Source of the DNA: Lytechinus pictus
Lineage: Eukaryota
Direction: 5' to 3'
DNA length: 64,000 nt
NCBI RefSeq assembly: GCF_037042905.1
Contig: NC_087251.1
Location: forward strand, 45,386,001 to 45,450,000
Of this stretch, positions 38,485-51,006 are shown in pieces. The number at the start of each line of letters is the position of its first letter. The first letter of the stretch is position 1. The notes beneath the pieces were generated by a model. That model had not been told where the DNA came from and did no database searches. It saw only the letters and a program-made list of their open reading frames with translations. A program made the translations under genes and the position numbers.

Positions 38485-39901
38485 TGTTAGAGATTCAACC
38501 TTCCCCCTCAAGTGTATTCTTAATCCTTTGTATTATGTAATGCACAATAGTGCTCTGGAGTGAATAGTGAGTAGTTAGGCTCAGTGGTTAGGCTCCATCG
38601 CACTTAATTGTAATTAACATACTCAGCATTTTTGAACTGGGTGGGTTGCCTGTTTTAGCAGGAGTACCTCACTATCTGCACAGCTTTCACACAGGCAGGA
38701 CCTATTGGTCCTTGGGTCCAGTTGGGTGATTGGAAATGGAGAGTTAGAGTTTTAAGCCAAACACTTGCGCTGCAATAAAACTATATTCCAGAGTCAAGAT
38801 TCACTAAACCAACATGGAGGCCTGTTCCTGATTTCCTGCATTTAGTCATCCCAGTCAAACTGTAAGTTTAGTTGTTTTTTTGTCTCATTTATGTCTTGGA
38901 TTTTTATTATTCATTGAGAATAACAAAAGGTCAAAGAAAACCTCTAAAATGTGAGATGTGAAAGATGCTAACTATATTTTTTCATTAAAAGATTATTATA
39001 TGTCAACAAGAATTCCATCTGTTGAAATATTGAAAGGTCTTAAAATGATATTCTTAAAATATATAAGAAACTTTGCTTTTCCTAAGCATTAATGGATTAT
39101 GGAAAGTGTTTCTCATGTCATGGAATTTCTTTGTATGAAATGTTCGATTTAAGAGAAATGATGATGCTTTCTTTTCAATGACCGAATTATGTCATTCTAG
39201 ATTATACTTGAATACTTGAATTAAGCTAGGGAAATGATGTTTCCTTGAATATAGATAACCTATTATGTTATGGTTATTGTCCTATATGTATTCCGTAGAC
39301 TTTTTAAGTTTTGGAAATTGTTTAATTGTAGATGGGTTCTTCTTCATCTACATGGGAGTTCACCCAGTGGTTCTTCAGAAGTAAAGAAGTCTGGCAGCTC
39401 ATTTTCAGCCATTGACCAGACCAGTCAAGAGTAGGAGTAAAGGTTTATTAGAGGGCACCCACCAAGAACGGACAGCACCCTCGCTGACAAGATCTGATGA
39501 TGGTCGTTTATCATCGCTCGTTTTACTCATTCGTTACTCCTCATGAATTTTTAGCAGGAAGCAACAGTTGATTAAAGTGGGTTATTTTATTTATACCCTC
39601 CAGAGACTTAAAGCATTGTTTTGTAACCATATATATACTATTGTGTAACTTCCTTCGAGTTGAATATATTTTTGTTATTATTGTTTATCTTCTGTTTATT
39701 CTGGTCCACCTAAAACCAGAAGATTGAATTTAAATGTTGGAAGTTGAAGCCGGAAAACGAGTAATAAAACTAAACATATTTTATTTGTTGAACTAAATAA
39801 TAATTGTCTTCCATGGTCATTTATTTAGTTTTACAGTAGTGAGTTGAGAGAGTCACCATTCGACACAAGTTATGTCCATTTGAATTTATTCAGGTGTGAC
39901 A
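38485..39901 (+). repeat. 5' LTR
   Basis: TG...CA ends; direct repeat of 49406-50822 with the same length. Confidence 0.97.
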
Positions 39902-39905
39902 TTTT

Positions 39906-39944
39906 TGGGGGCTTGTCCGGGAGTCGAACCCGGGACCTCTCGCA
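39906..39944 (+). other. Extended primer-binding site complementary to the 3' half of tRNA-Pro
   Basis: TGGGGGCTTGTCCGGGAGTCGAACCCGGGACCTCTCGCA begins 4 nt after the 5' LTR. It matches the reverse complement of metazoan tRNA-Pro (recalled vertebrate sequence) at 36/39, including CCA. Confidence 0.9.
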
Positions 39945-40396
39945 GAATAAGGTTTCCTCTTATACTTCTTTATTACCAAAAGTGAAATAGATATTCTCAT
40001 TTTGTGAAGTACAAATTTGGAATTTTTCTACCTAAGAATATTCATAGATTGTTCTTGGACATTATTTTTGCTTTGTATAATGGGATATATTAGATATTAT
40101 CAAGTCAAAGCAGGATACTCCATAGAATGTAATTTCATGTGAATATTATTTACCGTTTTGATCGTTAATGCTACTTCTCTTTGAATGTTTTGTATTCTCT
40201 TCAATAATAGGAATAGTTGTGATTTGGTGATTAGAACGGAAATCGGATGCAAGTCTTCCAAGTCGGTTAAAGTGTTCTTGATTCTTTGGTAAGTAATCAT
40301 TTTGCGTAACTTTGCGCGCGTGTTTGGAAGAAGTTATTTTCTCAGATAGAATTTTAACCTTTTGATACAATAGTCCTGCCTGGTTAAGTTTTCATA

Positions 40397-43300
40397 ATGG
40401 ATTCTATTGATGAAAAATTGATTAACTTAGGTAAGGAGTTAGGATTAGTGGGTAAAGACTTGTTGGATTTCATTAAGGATAGAGAACAACAAGCAAGAGA
40501 AGAGAGAGCAACTGTAAGGGAAGATAGGAGACAGGAAATTGAGTTAAAGCAGTTAGAGGAAAATATATTAGATAAACAGTTGGCCTTAGTGCAGGCTAAT
40601 AAGGGTAATGAATCCCAGTTAGGAAATAACAGTATGCGAACCCATAGTTTGACAAAAGTCCCAAAGTTACCTCACTTTGACGAAAGTAGGGATAACATAG
40701 ATGCATACCTAGAGCGTTTTGAAAGGTACGCAAATAGTCAGAAATGGCAAAGTGATTGTTGGGCCATTAATTTAGGTGCACTTCTACAAGGGAAGGCTCT
40801 AGAAGTCTACAGTAGGTTGGCACCAGATGAAGCTGCTAAGTATTCAACTCTCAAGGACGCCCTCCTTCGTAGATACCAGATGTCTGCAGATGACTTCCGG
40901 AAGAAGTTCTACAGAGCAACTCCAGAGACAGGAGAGTCTGCTGGTCAGTTTATGGCGAGGTTAGAACATTACTTCGAGAGATGGGTAGATCTGACAGATA
41001 CAGCCAAATCATTTGAAGGGTTGAAAGATTTGATAATTAGACAGCAGTTCTTAGAGCAGATAAATCCAGGATTAGCTATTTACCTGAGAGAGCGTACTCC
41101 TCAGTCGACAAGGGAAATGACTGAAACTGCTCAGATTTATATTTCAGCACATGGTGGTCATTTCAAGGGTCCAAGAAAGGAAACCAAAGTAATGACACCT
41201 CATAAGTCTGAAACAAAGAGTGATGGTTTTCATAGGGAAAAGCCTAAGGGCCGAAAGCAAATTGGTCCTTGCTATCTGTGTGATCAAATGGGTCACCTTG
41301 CAAGAAATTGTAAGTCAAGTTCTAAATCAAAACTTGAGAAGGGTGGAAGTTTTGTAGATATTGGGTCCAAAACCAATAAACATAGGAAGTCTTCAGGTAA
41401 GACTAAATCTCATGATCCATGTCCTACGTGTTCTTCTTCTAAAGATTTAGGTGATGGCAGTGATATATCCCAGCTTGAGAGTGGGCTGTTTGTCATGATG
41501 TCTGCCTCAGGTATGGACCAGACAAGACCTACGAGGAAACAGAGGAAGAAACAGAAGAAGAAAATATCTGAGATGTGTGCGACTTGTAAAGGTAAGTTAC
41601 GCGAACTAATGCCTGTTACTGATGGTATTGTGAATTCTCAGACAGTTTCTGTTCTTAGAGACACAGGGTGTACTTGTGTTGTGATTCGGAAGAAACTAGT
41701 CAAGAAGGATCAGATGACTGGGAAATACAAGCTGTGTATTCTCATTGATGGTACGGTACGTTGGTATCCTACGGCTACGATACATATTGATTGTCCGTTT
41801 TTTGTAGGAACCGTTGTGGCGCTTTGTGTACGAGCACCACTGTTTGATGTTATTGTAGGAAATATCCAGAATGTTCTTCCTCCAGATGCGCCGAATCCAA
41901 ATTGGGGAATGCCGACATCAGGTAATGTTGTCACAGATAATGCTTTGTCTGAGGTGGGGATGGCTGTTGAGACGAGGTCACAGGTTAAAGCTGCTGAGAG
42001 AAAGCAAGCTCCTTTGAAGGTAATGTCTCCCATTCCAGAAGTTTCTCCACAGGATATACAGGAAGCACAGTTAGCAGATCCTACACTTAAGAAGGCAAGA
42101 GAACTTGCTGAGACCGAGGATGGTAGCAAAGAAGGTAAGAGAAATTATTTTTTCTTTCAGGATGGTTTGCTGCATAGAGTTTTCCAACCAAGTAGTGTTG
42201 TGAATGGAAACCAGGTTGTGCAACTTGTTGTGCCTAAGCCCTATCGGAAGGTTGTTATGAAACTGGCACATGAAGGTATTATGGGTGGACATCAGGGTGT
42301 CAAAAAGACTTCAGATAAGATAATGTTGAGTTTCTTTTGGCCAGGATTACAAGCAGATGTGAGTAGATTCTGCCAGTCGTGTGATATCTGTCAGAGAACT
42401 ATTAGCAAGGGAAGGGTCCCACGAGTTCCTCTTGGCAAGATGCCAATTATCGATGTTCCATTCAAGAGAATAGCTGTTGATTTGATAGGACCGATTCAAC
42501 CTATCACTTCCAGGAAGAATAGGTATATTCTTACAGTGGTTGATTGTGCTACTAGGTACCCAGAGGCGGTAGCCTTGCCCAACATAGAGACAACTACTGT
42601 TGCAGAGGCACTTGTTCAGATTTTCTCCAGAGTCGGTGTACCACAGGAGATTTTGTCAGATCGGGGCACTCAGTTCACCTCTGATCTTATGAAGGATATT
42701 GGGAAGTTGCTTTCAATAAAGCAAATGATGACGACCCCATATCACCCTGCCTGCAATGGGCTCGTTGAACGATTCAACGGCACGTTGAAGAAGATTTTAC
42801 GAAGAACTTGTTCAGACCGTCCCTCTGATTGGGATCGGTATCTCGCACCTATTTTGTTTGCTTACAGGGAGGCTCCTCAGGCTTCTATGGGTTTCTCACC
42901 TTTCGAACTCCTGTATGGACGCACTGTAAGAGGACCCTTAATGATTCTCAAGGAACTTTGGACGGGTAAGCAGCAGAATGAGGAGTTGAAATCAACCTAC
43001 CAGTATGTAGTCGAGCTGAAGGAACGACTGGAATCGACGTTAGAGGTTGCACAGCAAGAGCTGAGGAAGTCGATGGAAAGAAGTTCAAAGTACTACAACT
43101 CGAAGAGTAGGGAGAGAAGATTTCAGGTAGGAGATCAAGTTTTGTTGTTGTTACCTACTGAACACAACAAATTGTTAGTACAGTGGAAAGGTCCATTCAC
43201 TGTTGTGCACAAGCTCAGTGATCAGGATTATAGGTTAGACATTAATGGAAAACTTAAGACTTTCCATGCTAATTTGTTGAAACGTTATATCAGCAGAGAA

Positions 43301-44739
43301 GAAGACAGAGAAGAGTCTTTGACGGGTGATGAAGATCCAGCGGTTAGCGCTCAAGCTGTTGTCGTGACCGAGGATGATGACAGTGAAGCTAGTCCGATGT
43401 CAGGGAAGCTCAAGTCCATCGGTATTCATCTCCATCCACTTGAAGCAACTGAGACGACAGAAGATGTTTCAGTGTGCAAGAACTTATCTAAGGAGCAGAA
43501 GCGTGAGGTAAAGTCTTTGTTACTTGATTACAGGGAAGTCCTTACTGATCTTCCAGGAGAGTGTAAGTTGGGCACTCATTCAATCAAGCTGACTACAGAT
43601 GAGCCAGTACGTCAGAGACCATACCCAACTGCACATGCTCGCAAGAACACAATTGAGGAAGAAGTCAAGAAGATGCTCGAGATGGGAGTGATTGAGCAGT
43701 CTGAGTCTCCTTATTCATCGCCAATTGTGTTAGTTGGAAAAACTGATGGGACAAACCGTTTCTGCGTAGATTTTCGTCGATTGAATCGAGTGACAGTGTT
43801 CGACGCAGAACCCATTCCCAACAGTGATGAGATTTTCGCAAGTCTATCAGGATGTAAGTACTTCTCAAAAGTAGATCTATCTAAAGGGTACTGGCAGATT
43901 CCCTTATCCGAGGATGCTAAAGAGAAGACTGCATTCCGTAGTCCAAGTGGACTGTACCAGTTTTGCAGGATGCCTTTCGGTCTTGTTAATGCGCCGGCAA
44001 CTTTCAGTCGGGTAATGAGATCACTGCTCAAAGGTATGCCTTGCGTTCATAACTACTTGGATGACATACTCATCCATACTCGTACATGGGAGGAACATCT
44101 CCATGTTCTTGGAGAAGTCTTCAACAGACTTCGTTCAGCTGGTTTGACGGCACGGCCAAGTAAGTGTCAAATAGGATGTAACCAGATTGAATATCTAGGC
44201 CACATCGTGGGAGAGGACAAGCTTCTACCGATGCAAGACAAGGTGGAAAAGATTCGCAACGCTCCACCGCCAGAGACAAAGAAGCAGATGAGATCGTTCA
44301 TCGGGATGATAAACTACTACCGCAAGTTTATCCCTGATTTTGCATCAATTGCAGCTCCTCTGACAGACAAGACCAAAGGTCGTCAGCCCAACAAGCTTGT
44401 TTGGAGTGAATCAGACAAGAAGGCTTTTCAGCAGTTGAAAGACTGTTTGTCTACAGCTCCAGTTCTTTGCTTAGCTGATGTCGCTAAGCCCTTCATCATT
44501 CGCACTGATGCCTCGTCAACAGGTATCGGAGCAGTTCTCTTTCAAGAAAAAGAAGAAGGAAAACGCCCTGTTGCTTATGCCAGCAGAAAGTTACTTCCCA
44601 GGGAGCAAGCGTACTCTGCCATTGAACGCGAATGTCTCGCAATCGTTTGGGGAATTAGTAAATTTCAGGTATACCTAGATGGACGAGAGTTCATATTGGA
44701 GACAGATCACAAACCCCTCGTCTACCTTAACCAGTCTAA
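40397..44739 (+). CDS. Gag-Pol polyprotein, main part: SCAN-like capsid, CCHC knuckle, protease, integrase, RT and most of RNase H
   Basis: CYLCDQMGHLARNC knuckle; LRDTG protease; HHCC, DDE core and WKGPF integrase; FCVDFRRLN and YLDD RT; TDAS, ERECLA and TDHKPL RNase H. The ORF-track tail after 44739 reads into the inserted element. Confidence 0.95.
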
Positions 44740-45734
44740 TGGGGTGTTGCAAGAAAGTTACGTTGCAATTGATTGCAAATCGACTGCAACTTTGCAGCCG
44801 ATCCCGATCGACTGCAACTAGCAATCAATCGCCAATTTGCGTTGCAAGAAAAAGGCTTGCGATTGAACGCAAGTTGCAGCTGATTTGCAGACGATTTGCA
44901 GCTGTAAACAGGGTCTGCAGCACAAGACTAGCTGATGAAGCAAAATAATCCTTGCAATAATCGTGATTGTGGAAGAGAGTAAGTAGAAAATATTCATTTT
45001 TCACTGCTTTCTTTCTCCATTATGTATGTTTTCAGAGAATTTATATGTTTTAGACCTATGCCAGGGAAAAAATTATTTTGTAAAATGTGAAAATGTATCT
45101 TTATCGCCAGTCGAAATTTCACCTTCAAATTTTTTTTTACCACACAGTTTAAACCCAGTCCCACACTTGACTTTTTGTGTCGGTAATGCACTGTTGTACC
45201 AACAACACGGCAGGACATTCCCGGTGCAGTGCTGTTAAAAATCACCCTGAAGCAAGTAAATTTGTAGGCTCTAATTATGTATGAAACATCGAAAATGACC
45301 TTAAAAGATTATTATTGTTCATATTTGAAATGATTTTTAAGTTATATAAGTTTCAACGGCTAATAACCATCCAGTGAATCAGGCCAAAAAAAAACAACAA
45401 AGGTATAGGGGGTCTACATGTAGGCCTATATTATTAATTATTTTTAAAGATGTTATTGGGCTATTAAACCTATTGGCCACATCTGCCACATTCTTTGGGA
45501 AGTTTTAACATTGAACAGGGAGTTGCCCGCCCGGGGCTCTTTTTAAAATTTCTTACGGGTAGATTGCACAAGAGGTTCTTTGCAAGGACAGTCTATTTGT
45601 GTCGTTGATTTGTAATGATGTGCCGTATGAGTCACATTTTTAATATCCATCACATATAAATATAAAAAGATATAGGGCCTACATGTAAGCCTAAATAATT
45701 CTATTTTTTAGATTCAATATGTAGGTCTACTATG

Positions 45735-46155
45735 CCGGGGGGAAGGTACTTAGATTTGGTTTGGACAAAGGTGTGCGGCTGAAGGTTTGAAACCCGTACC
45801 CATATTTACAGGTCATTTCGGCTAAAAAGGTACCCATTATTAGGGATTCATTACAGGGGCGGATCCAGGATTTCCACAAGGGGGGGGGGGCACATTTTCG
45901 CCTGGAAAACTTGACAAGCAAAAAAAAAAGAAAAAAGTTATCGCCCAAAATGTAAGGTAATTTTGTATTTGCACCAAAGACAAGAGTAGAATATGGACCC
46001 ATGTTTAAGGCCAGTATCTAAAAATTGGGCCATGTTTAGGGATTTTCCAGCATAAAATCATACCCCATGTTTAGGGATTTCTTCCAAAAAGGCAACCCAT
46101 TCCAGCGGCACATCCCCATATGCATTATTTTGTGAGTCCCCCCCCCCCCCCCGGG
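45735..46155. mobile_element. CC(G)n...(C)nGG-ended MITE inside the Harbinger-like element, with a CAGGGGCGGATCCAGG-family fragment inside it
   Basis: Ends CCGGGGGGAAGGTACT and GAGTCCCC...CCGGG. The segment from 45854 matches the minus-strand element ending at 30160. Confidence 0.6.
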
Positions 46156-48172
46156 CTACTATTTAACTGACTCTAGTCTTAACTTGATTTTTATGCAAGC
46201 ACATGAGGTGCTATATAGATGACAGATTTTTTTTCACTTTAAATTGTTTAATGGATGATTACAATGCTTTTCCAGGTGCTTACAGTAAAAGGGTGTCTCA
46301 TATGGTGCATCATTATCATTTTATTAATATTGAATGCATAATCATGATTTTTTTTTTACATCCTTTTACATCAAGCACAATACTCGGGGGGGGGGGGGCA
46401 TATGGTCCCCCTTCACATTTTTCAGAATAAATCTGCAACTCAAAATTTTATTACCGCACCACTGACTGGCGTTTTACTTTCAAGTCTCGCGCAACTTTTG
46501 AGACCAAATTTGCAATTCCCAGGTACAGGGTCAGGAAATTTTGCAACATTGTGTTTGTTTAAGTACATGTCAGACAAAAACATGATTACATGTAAAAAGT
46601 TAATTGGGTAATTTTTTTTATTGACAATAGTAATTTAATGTCACTGATGAACTTTGTCTTGAAAATAACAACAACAAAAAATACATTTAAGAAGTTAAGA
46701 AAAAATATTAAAAAAAAAACATGAAAGGATTTTTTTTTATACCAGATTTTTTAAAGTAAAGTTGTTAGGAATGCTCTTGAAAGGAATATGTACACCAAAG
46801 TTTAGCATTCTATTACAAGCTTTTTTTAGTAAATTAAAGCAAAAGGTATGATTCATAATTTTCTTATTGCGCCGCCCATAGCTGAGGAACCATAGTACCC
46901 CTCCCCAGGACAGAAGTGACTTTAATCAAAACACCCTGGGACTACTATAATGATTAACACACTGGCAACTGAGCTTAACTTGTATATTAATTTCATGAAT
47001 ATGTTTTATCTCTTTGCTTTTTGCTTTTAATTGCTTACTACAGTTATGACAAGGAAGTCTGGAATAAACCGAACCACCATAACTGTGTCTGCTACCATGT
47101 GTGTTCTTGCAACCAGCTGATTGATTCATTTTATCAACTCTTGAATGGTAGGTTGCATGTAAACTGTATTATTATTAATAATTCACCATGATTGTAATGC
47201 GGATGGGGGTGAAATCTGTACACATTGACCAAAGGATAATGCAAAATGAAAAAAAGGCAAACACAAATCTCTATCTTGACTGGACTTCACAGCAATGAAG
47301 ACATCCCATTGATGGGGGGGGGGGGAGGGGGCGGTTGTTGTGCTCATCCAAGGTGTACTGTATGAAAGTGTGTATTTTGCTTTCATTGATTTAATTTATT
47401 GCATATTTTAATTTCCATGATTCATTTATTTGGGGAAAAACAATCAGTTCACACTTTTTTAGATTACATCATGGCAAATTGCCAATTACTATGGTCTCAG
47501 GAGTAAGCCACTTTCCCTCTATCTTATCATCATGTCGGTGCAAACAACGCCCTTACCAGCAGGCATAGGGGCATTTCTGCACCAATGGGGTGCACAAAAA
47601 TGTTTTGCTAAGGGCGTTTTTACACTGAAAGGACAAAATTTGAACTAACCCAAGCTACATGTATGTATAGTTATGGGCTTGCATTATTTCCTATATTATT
47701 ATTTTTTTATGGACAGGTTGATTATCAGAACTGAATTCAGAGCTGCTCCTGTCTGTAGTAAGATCATTTAGAGTGGACTTCAGAATGAGGGCGTTGCTTG
47801 TTTAAAATCTTCACTCCATGAAGCTCTCCAAATTCATCTCAAATTAGACTGCTTCTGGAAACCAGATTTGTTCCTTCAAGCAGAGACGCTTGTGGCTTTC
47901 CTGACTGGACTTCTATGGATTCTTCATGCCAACCTTAAGGACTGTGGTCTTCTGCATGATACGTCAATTTCAAACAAGACATTCTGTGGTGAAACACTTG
48001 ATGTAGATGATATGAAATTTTATTTCATATAACTGAATCTCAGAAGTAATTCCTCGGGAGCAAGAAACATTGAAAAATAAAAATAAAAGGTCCATCAATA
48101 TTGAATGTCTTGAGCAGTGTTCTTTTTTTTGTGCACAGATCAATGGATCTTTTCAAGTCCAAGCAGCCGAAG

Positions 48173-48303
48173 CAGGGATGTAGTCAATGCTGACCTCGAG
48201 GCAACATTTTGCTGGCCTTGGTCCGAGTCACTGTACAGAATCTATGGGAAGTTCTCTCAAGCTGCCTCATGACTCGGAAGAATCAGCCTCGACCTCATCC
48301 CTG
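48173..48303. mobile_element. Small hAT-like MITE inside the Harbinger-like element
   Basis: TIR CAGGGATG...CATCCCTG; no TSD recognised. Confidence 0.5.
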
Positions 48304-49169
48304 TATGCAAGTGTGATATATATCTACGATGCAATCTTATGATTAAAGAGAGCTTCAGATTTTGAAGTGTAGCAATCTCCTGAAATGTATGTTTTATTTG
48401 AAAATCAAACTAAAATAACTTAATTGGGCATGTTATTCATTATGATATGTATGAATGAAAGCATTTAAGCAATTTAGTGCTCTTGCAAAATAAATTCTGA
48501 GTTGTATTTACTGCAAACCCTCAGATATATTTATAAGCATTTGCCAGTGCATGAAGTGTTTTAATAAAGAGTGGCTTTTGTGCCTATGGAGAGTTATTAT
48601 TTCTTCAACATTTCTTCATACAAATTATTTCAGAAATCACAATTTGAATATTCCATGACCTCTGATAACAAGAGCAGAATATTTTTGGTGATTGACACAC
48701 TTTAAAATGATATTAGGAGAGAATGTACTGAAATTGTGTGAAAATAATGGCATAATTGCTGAAGAGGCCTATAAAGATTGAAAATAACATTATTTCAAGT
48801 TTTTCTTGAAAAAAACCCATGGAAAATTGAAAATGGCATAATTTACACAAGTTTTCAAAACAAAATACAAAAAAAAAAATTTTGCAGAATTTTTAGTACA
48901 CAAGCCTATGGACAATCAATTGAACGTAAATCGAACGCAAATTTTGCGCGTCCTCCAAAATCTCACATAAGTTACGTTCGATTTGCAATCAATCGCAAAG
49001 CTTGCGCTTGATCTACGTTCAATTGATCAAACGCAACTTCTTCTTGCAACAGGATTGAAAGTAACTTGCGTTCAATTGCAGATTTGCGTTTAATCGGAGG
49101 ACTTACGCTCAATTTTGGGAGTTGCGTTCGATTTGCGTTCAATCGCAAGTTTCTTGCAACACCCCATAA

Positions 49170-49287
49170 GTCGACTAATAGTAGAATCATGAGGTGGGCT
49201 TTATCTCTCCAACCTTACAGGTTCCATATTGAAGCTATACCAGGTTCGGAGAATGTTGGCGCGGATTTTCTAAGCAGGGCAGTTTGA
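49170..49287 (+). CDS. Displaced C-terminus of Pol (end of RNase H)
   Basis: STNSRIMRWALSLQPYRFHIEAIPGSENVGADFLSRAV*. It joins in frame to ...LVYLNQSK once the insert and one TAA are removed, giving 1486 aa. Confidence 0.93.
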
Positions 49288-49392
49288 GTTTAAATTAAGT
49301 TTAAGTAAAGCAAGAGAGCTTAGATTTATTTCTATGTCAATCCACTTTTGGGGATAGATTGAATATTTAATGTAAATATGAAATATTTTCTT

Positions 49393-49402
49393 AAGGAGGG
49401 GG
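49393..49402 (+). other. Polypurine tract
   Basis: AAGGAGGGGG ends 3 nt before the 3' LTR. Confidence 0.85.
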
Positions 49403-49405
49403 TGA

Positions 49406-50822
49406 TGTTAGAGATTCAACCTTCCCCCTCAAGTGTATTCTTAATCCTTTGTATTATGTAATGCACAATAGTGCTCTGGAGTGAATAGTGAGTAGTTAGG
49501 CTCAGTGGTTAGGCTCCATCGCACTTAATTGTAATTAACATACTCAGCATTTTTGAACTGGGTGGGTTGCCTGTTTTAGCAGGAGTACCTCACTATCTGC
49601 ACAGCTTTCACACAGGCAGGACCTATTGGTCCTTGGGTCCAGTTGGGTGATTGGAAATGGAGAGTTAGAGTTTTAAGCCAAACACTTGCGCTGCAATAAA
49701 ACTATATTCCAGAGTCAAGATTCACTAAACCAACATGGAGGCCTGTTCCTGATTTCCTGCATTTAGTCATCCCAGTCAAACTGTAAGTTTAGTTGTTTTT
49801 TTGTCTCATTTATGTCTTGGATTTTTATTATTCATTGAGAATAACAAAAGGTCAAAGAAAACCTCTAAAATGTGAGATGTGAAAGATGCTAACTATATTT
49901 TTTCATTAAAAGATTATTATATGTCAACAAGAATTCCATCTGTTGAAATATTGAAAGGTCTTAAAATGATATTCTTAAAATATATAAGAAACTTTGCTTT
50001 TCCTAAGCATTAATGGATTATGGAAAGTGTTTCTCATGTCATGGAATTTCTTTGTATGAAATGTTCGATTTAAGAGAAATGATGATGCTTTCTTTTCAAT
50101 GACCGAATTATGTCATTCTAGATTATACTTGAATACTTGAATTAAGCTAGGGAAATGATGTTTCCTTGAATATAGATAACCTATTATGTTATGGTTATTG
50201 TCCTATATGTATTCCGTAGACTTTTTAAGTTTTGGAAATTGTTTAATTGTAGATGGGTTCTTCTTCATCTACATGGGAGTTCACCCAGTGGTTCTTCAGA
50301 AGTAAAGAAGTCTGGCAGCTCATTTTCAGCCATTGACCAGACCAGTCAAGAGTAGGAGTAAAGGTTTATTAGAGGGCACCCACCAAGAACGGACAGCACC
50401 CTCGCTGACAAGATCTGATGATGGTCGTTTATCATCGCTCGTTTTACTCATTCGTTACTCCTCATGAATTTTTAGCAGGAAGCAACAGTTGATTAAAGTG
50501 GGTTATTTTATTTATACCCTCCAGAGACTTAAAGCATTGTTTTGTAACCATATATATACTATTGTGTAACTTCCTTCGAGTTGAATATATTTTTGTTATT
50601 ATTGTTTATCTTCTGTTTATTCTGGTCCACCTAAAACCAGAAGATTGAATTTAAATGTTGGAAGTTGAAGCCGGAAAACGAGTAATAAAACTAAACATAT
50701 TTTATTTGTTGAACTAAATAATAATTGTCTTCCATGGTCATTTATTTAGTTTTACAGTAGTGAGTTGAGAGAGTCACCATTCGACACAAGTTATGTCCAT
50801 TTGAATTTATTCAGGTGTGACA
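49406..50822 (+). repeat. 3' LTR
   Basis: Direct repeat of 38485-39901. Confidence 0.97.
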
Positions 50823-50974
50823 ATCATCATCATCATCATAATCTTCATCATCATCATCATCATCGTCATCGTCATCATCATCTTCATCATTCATCACCAT
50901 CATCATCATCATCACAACCACCATCACTGGCACCCCACCTCCATTATTAACATCATTATCATTAAATCACCAAT

Positions 50975-51006
<32 letters not shown>

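Larger units (their letters stand above)
44740..49166. mobile_element. 4427-bp non-autonomous PIF/Harbinger-like DNA transposon inserted in RNase H
   Basis: Perfect 17-bp TIR TGGGGTGTTGCAAGAAA, TAA duplication (44737-39 and 49167-69), subterminal TTGCGTTCAAT-like repeats at both ends. No transposase ORF seen. Confidence 0.9.
38485..50822 (+). mobile_element. Full-length Gmr1-like Ty3/Gypsy LTR retrotransposon, interrupted by a DNA element
   Basis: Two 1417-bp LTRs (TGTTA...TGACA), tRNA-Pro PBS, PPT and a single gag-pol ORF with integrase before RT. ATCA lies on both flanks inside an (ATC)n tract. Confidence 0.97.

Noticed and set aside
38098..38490. Poly-Ile, poly-His and poly-Met ORFs (also 35573 and 50765-51011)
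   Set aside because: Translations of (ATC)n microsatellite.
44679..44948. ORFs over the ends of the Harbinger-like insert (also 48972-49190)
   Set aside because: Chance frames across TIR and subterminal repeats.
47772..48032. 86-codon stop-free frame inside the Harbinger-like insert
   Set aside because: No transposase or Myb motifs, no start at its 5' end and no convincing splice sites; a BLASTX hit would change this.
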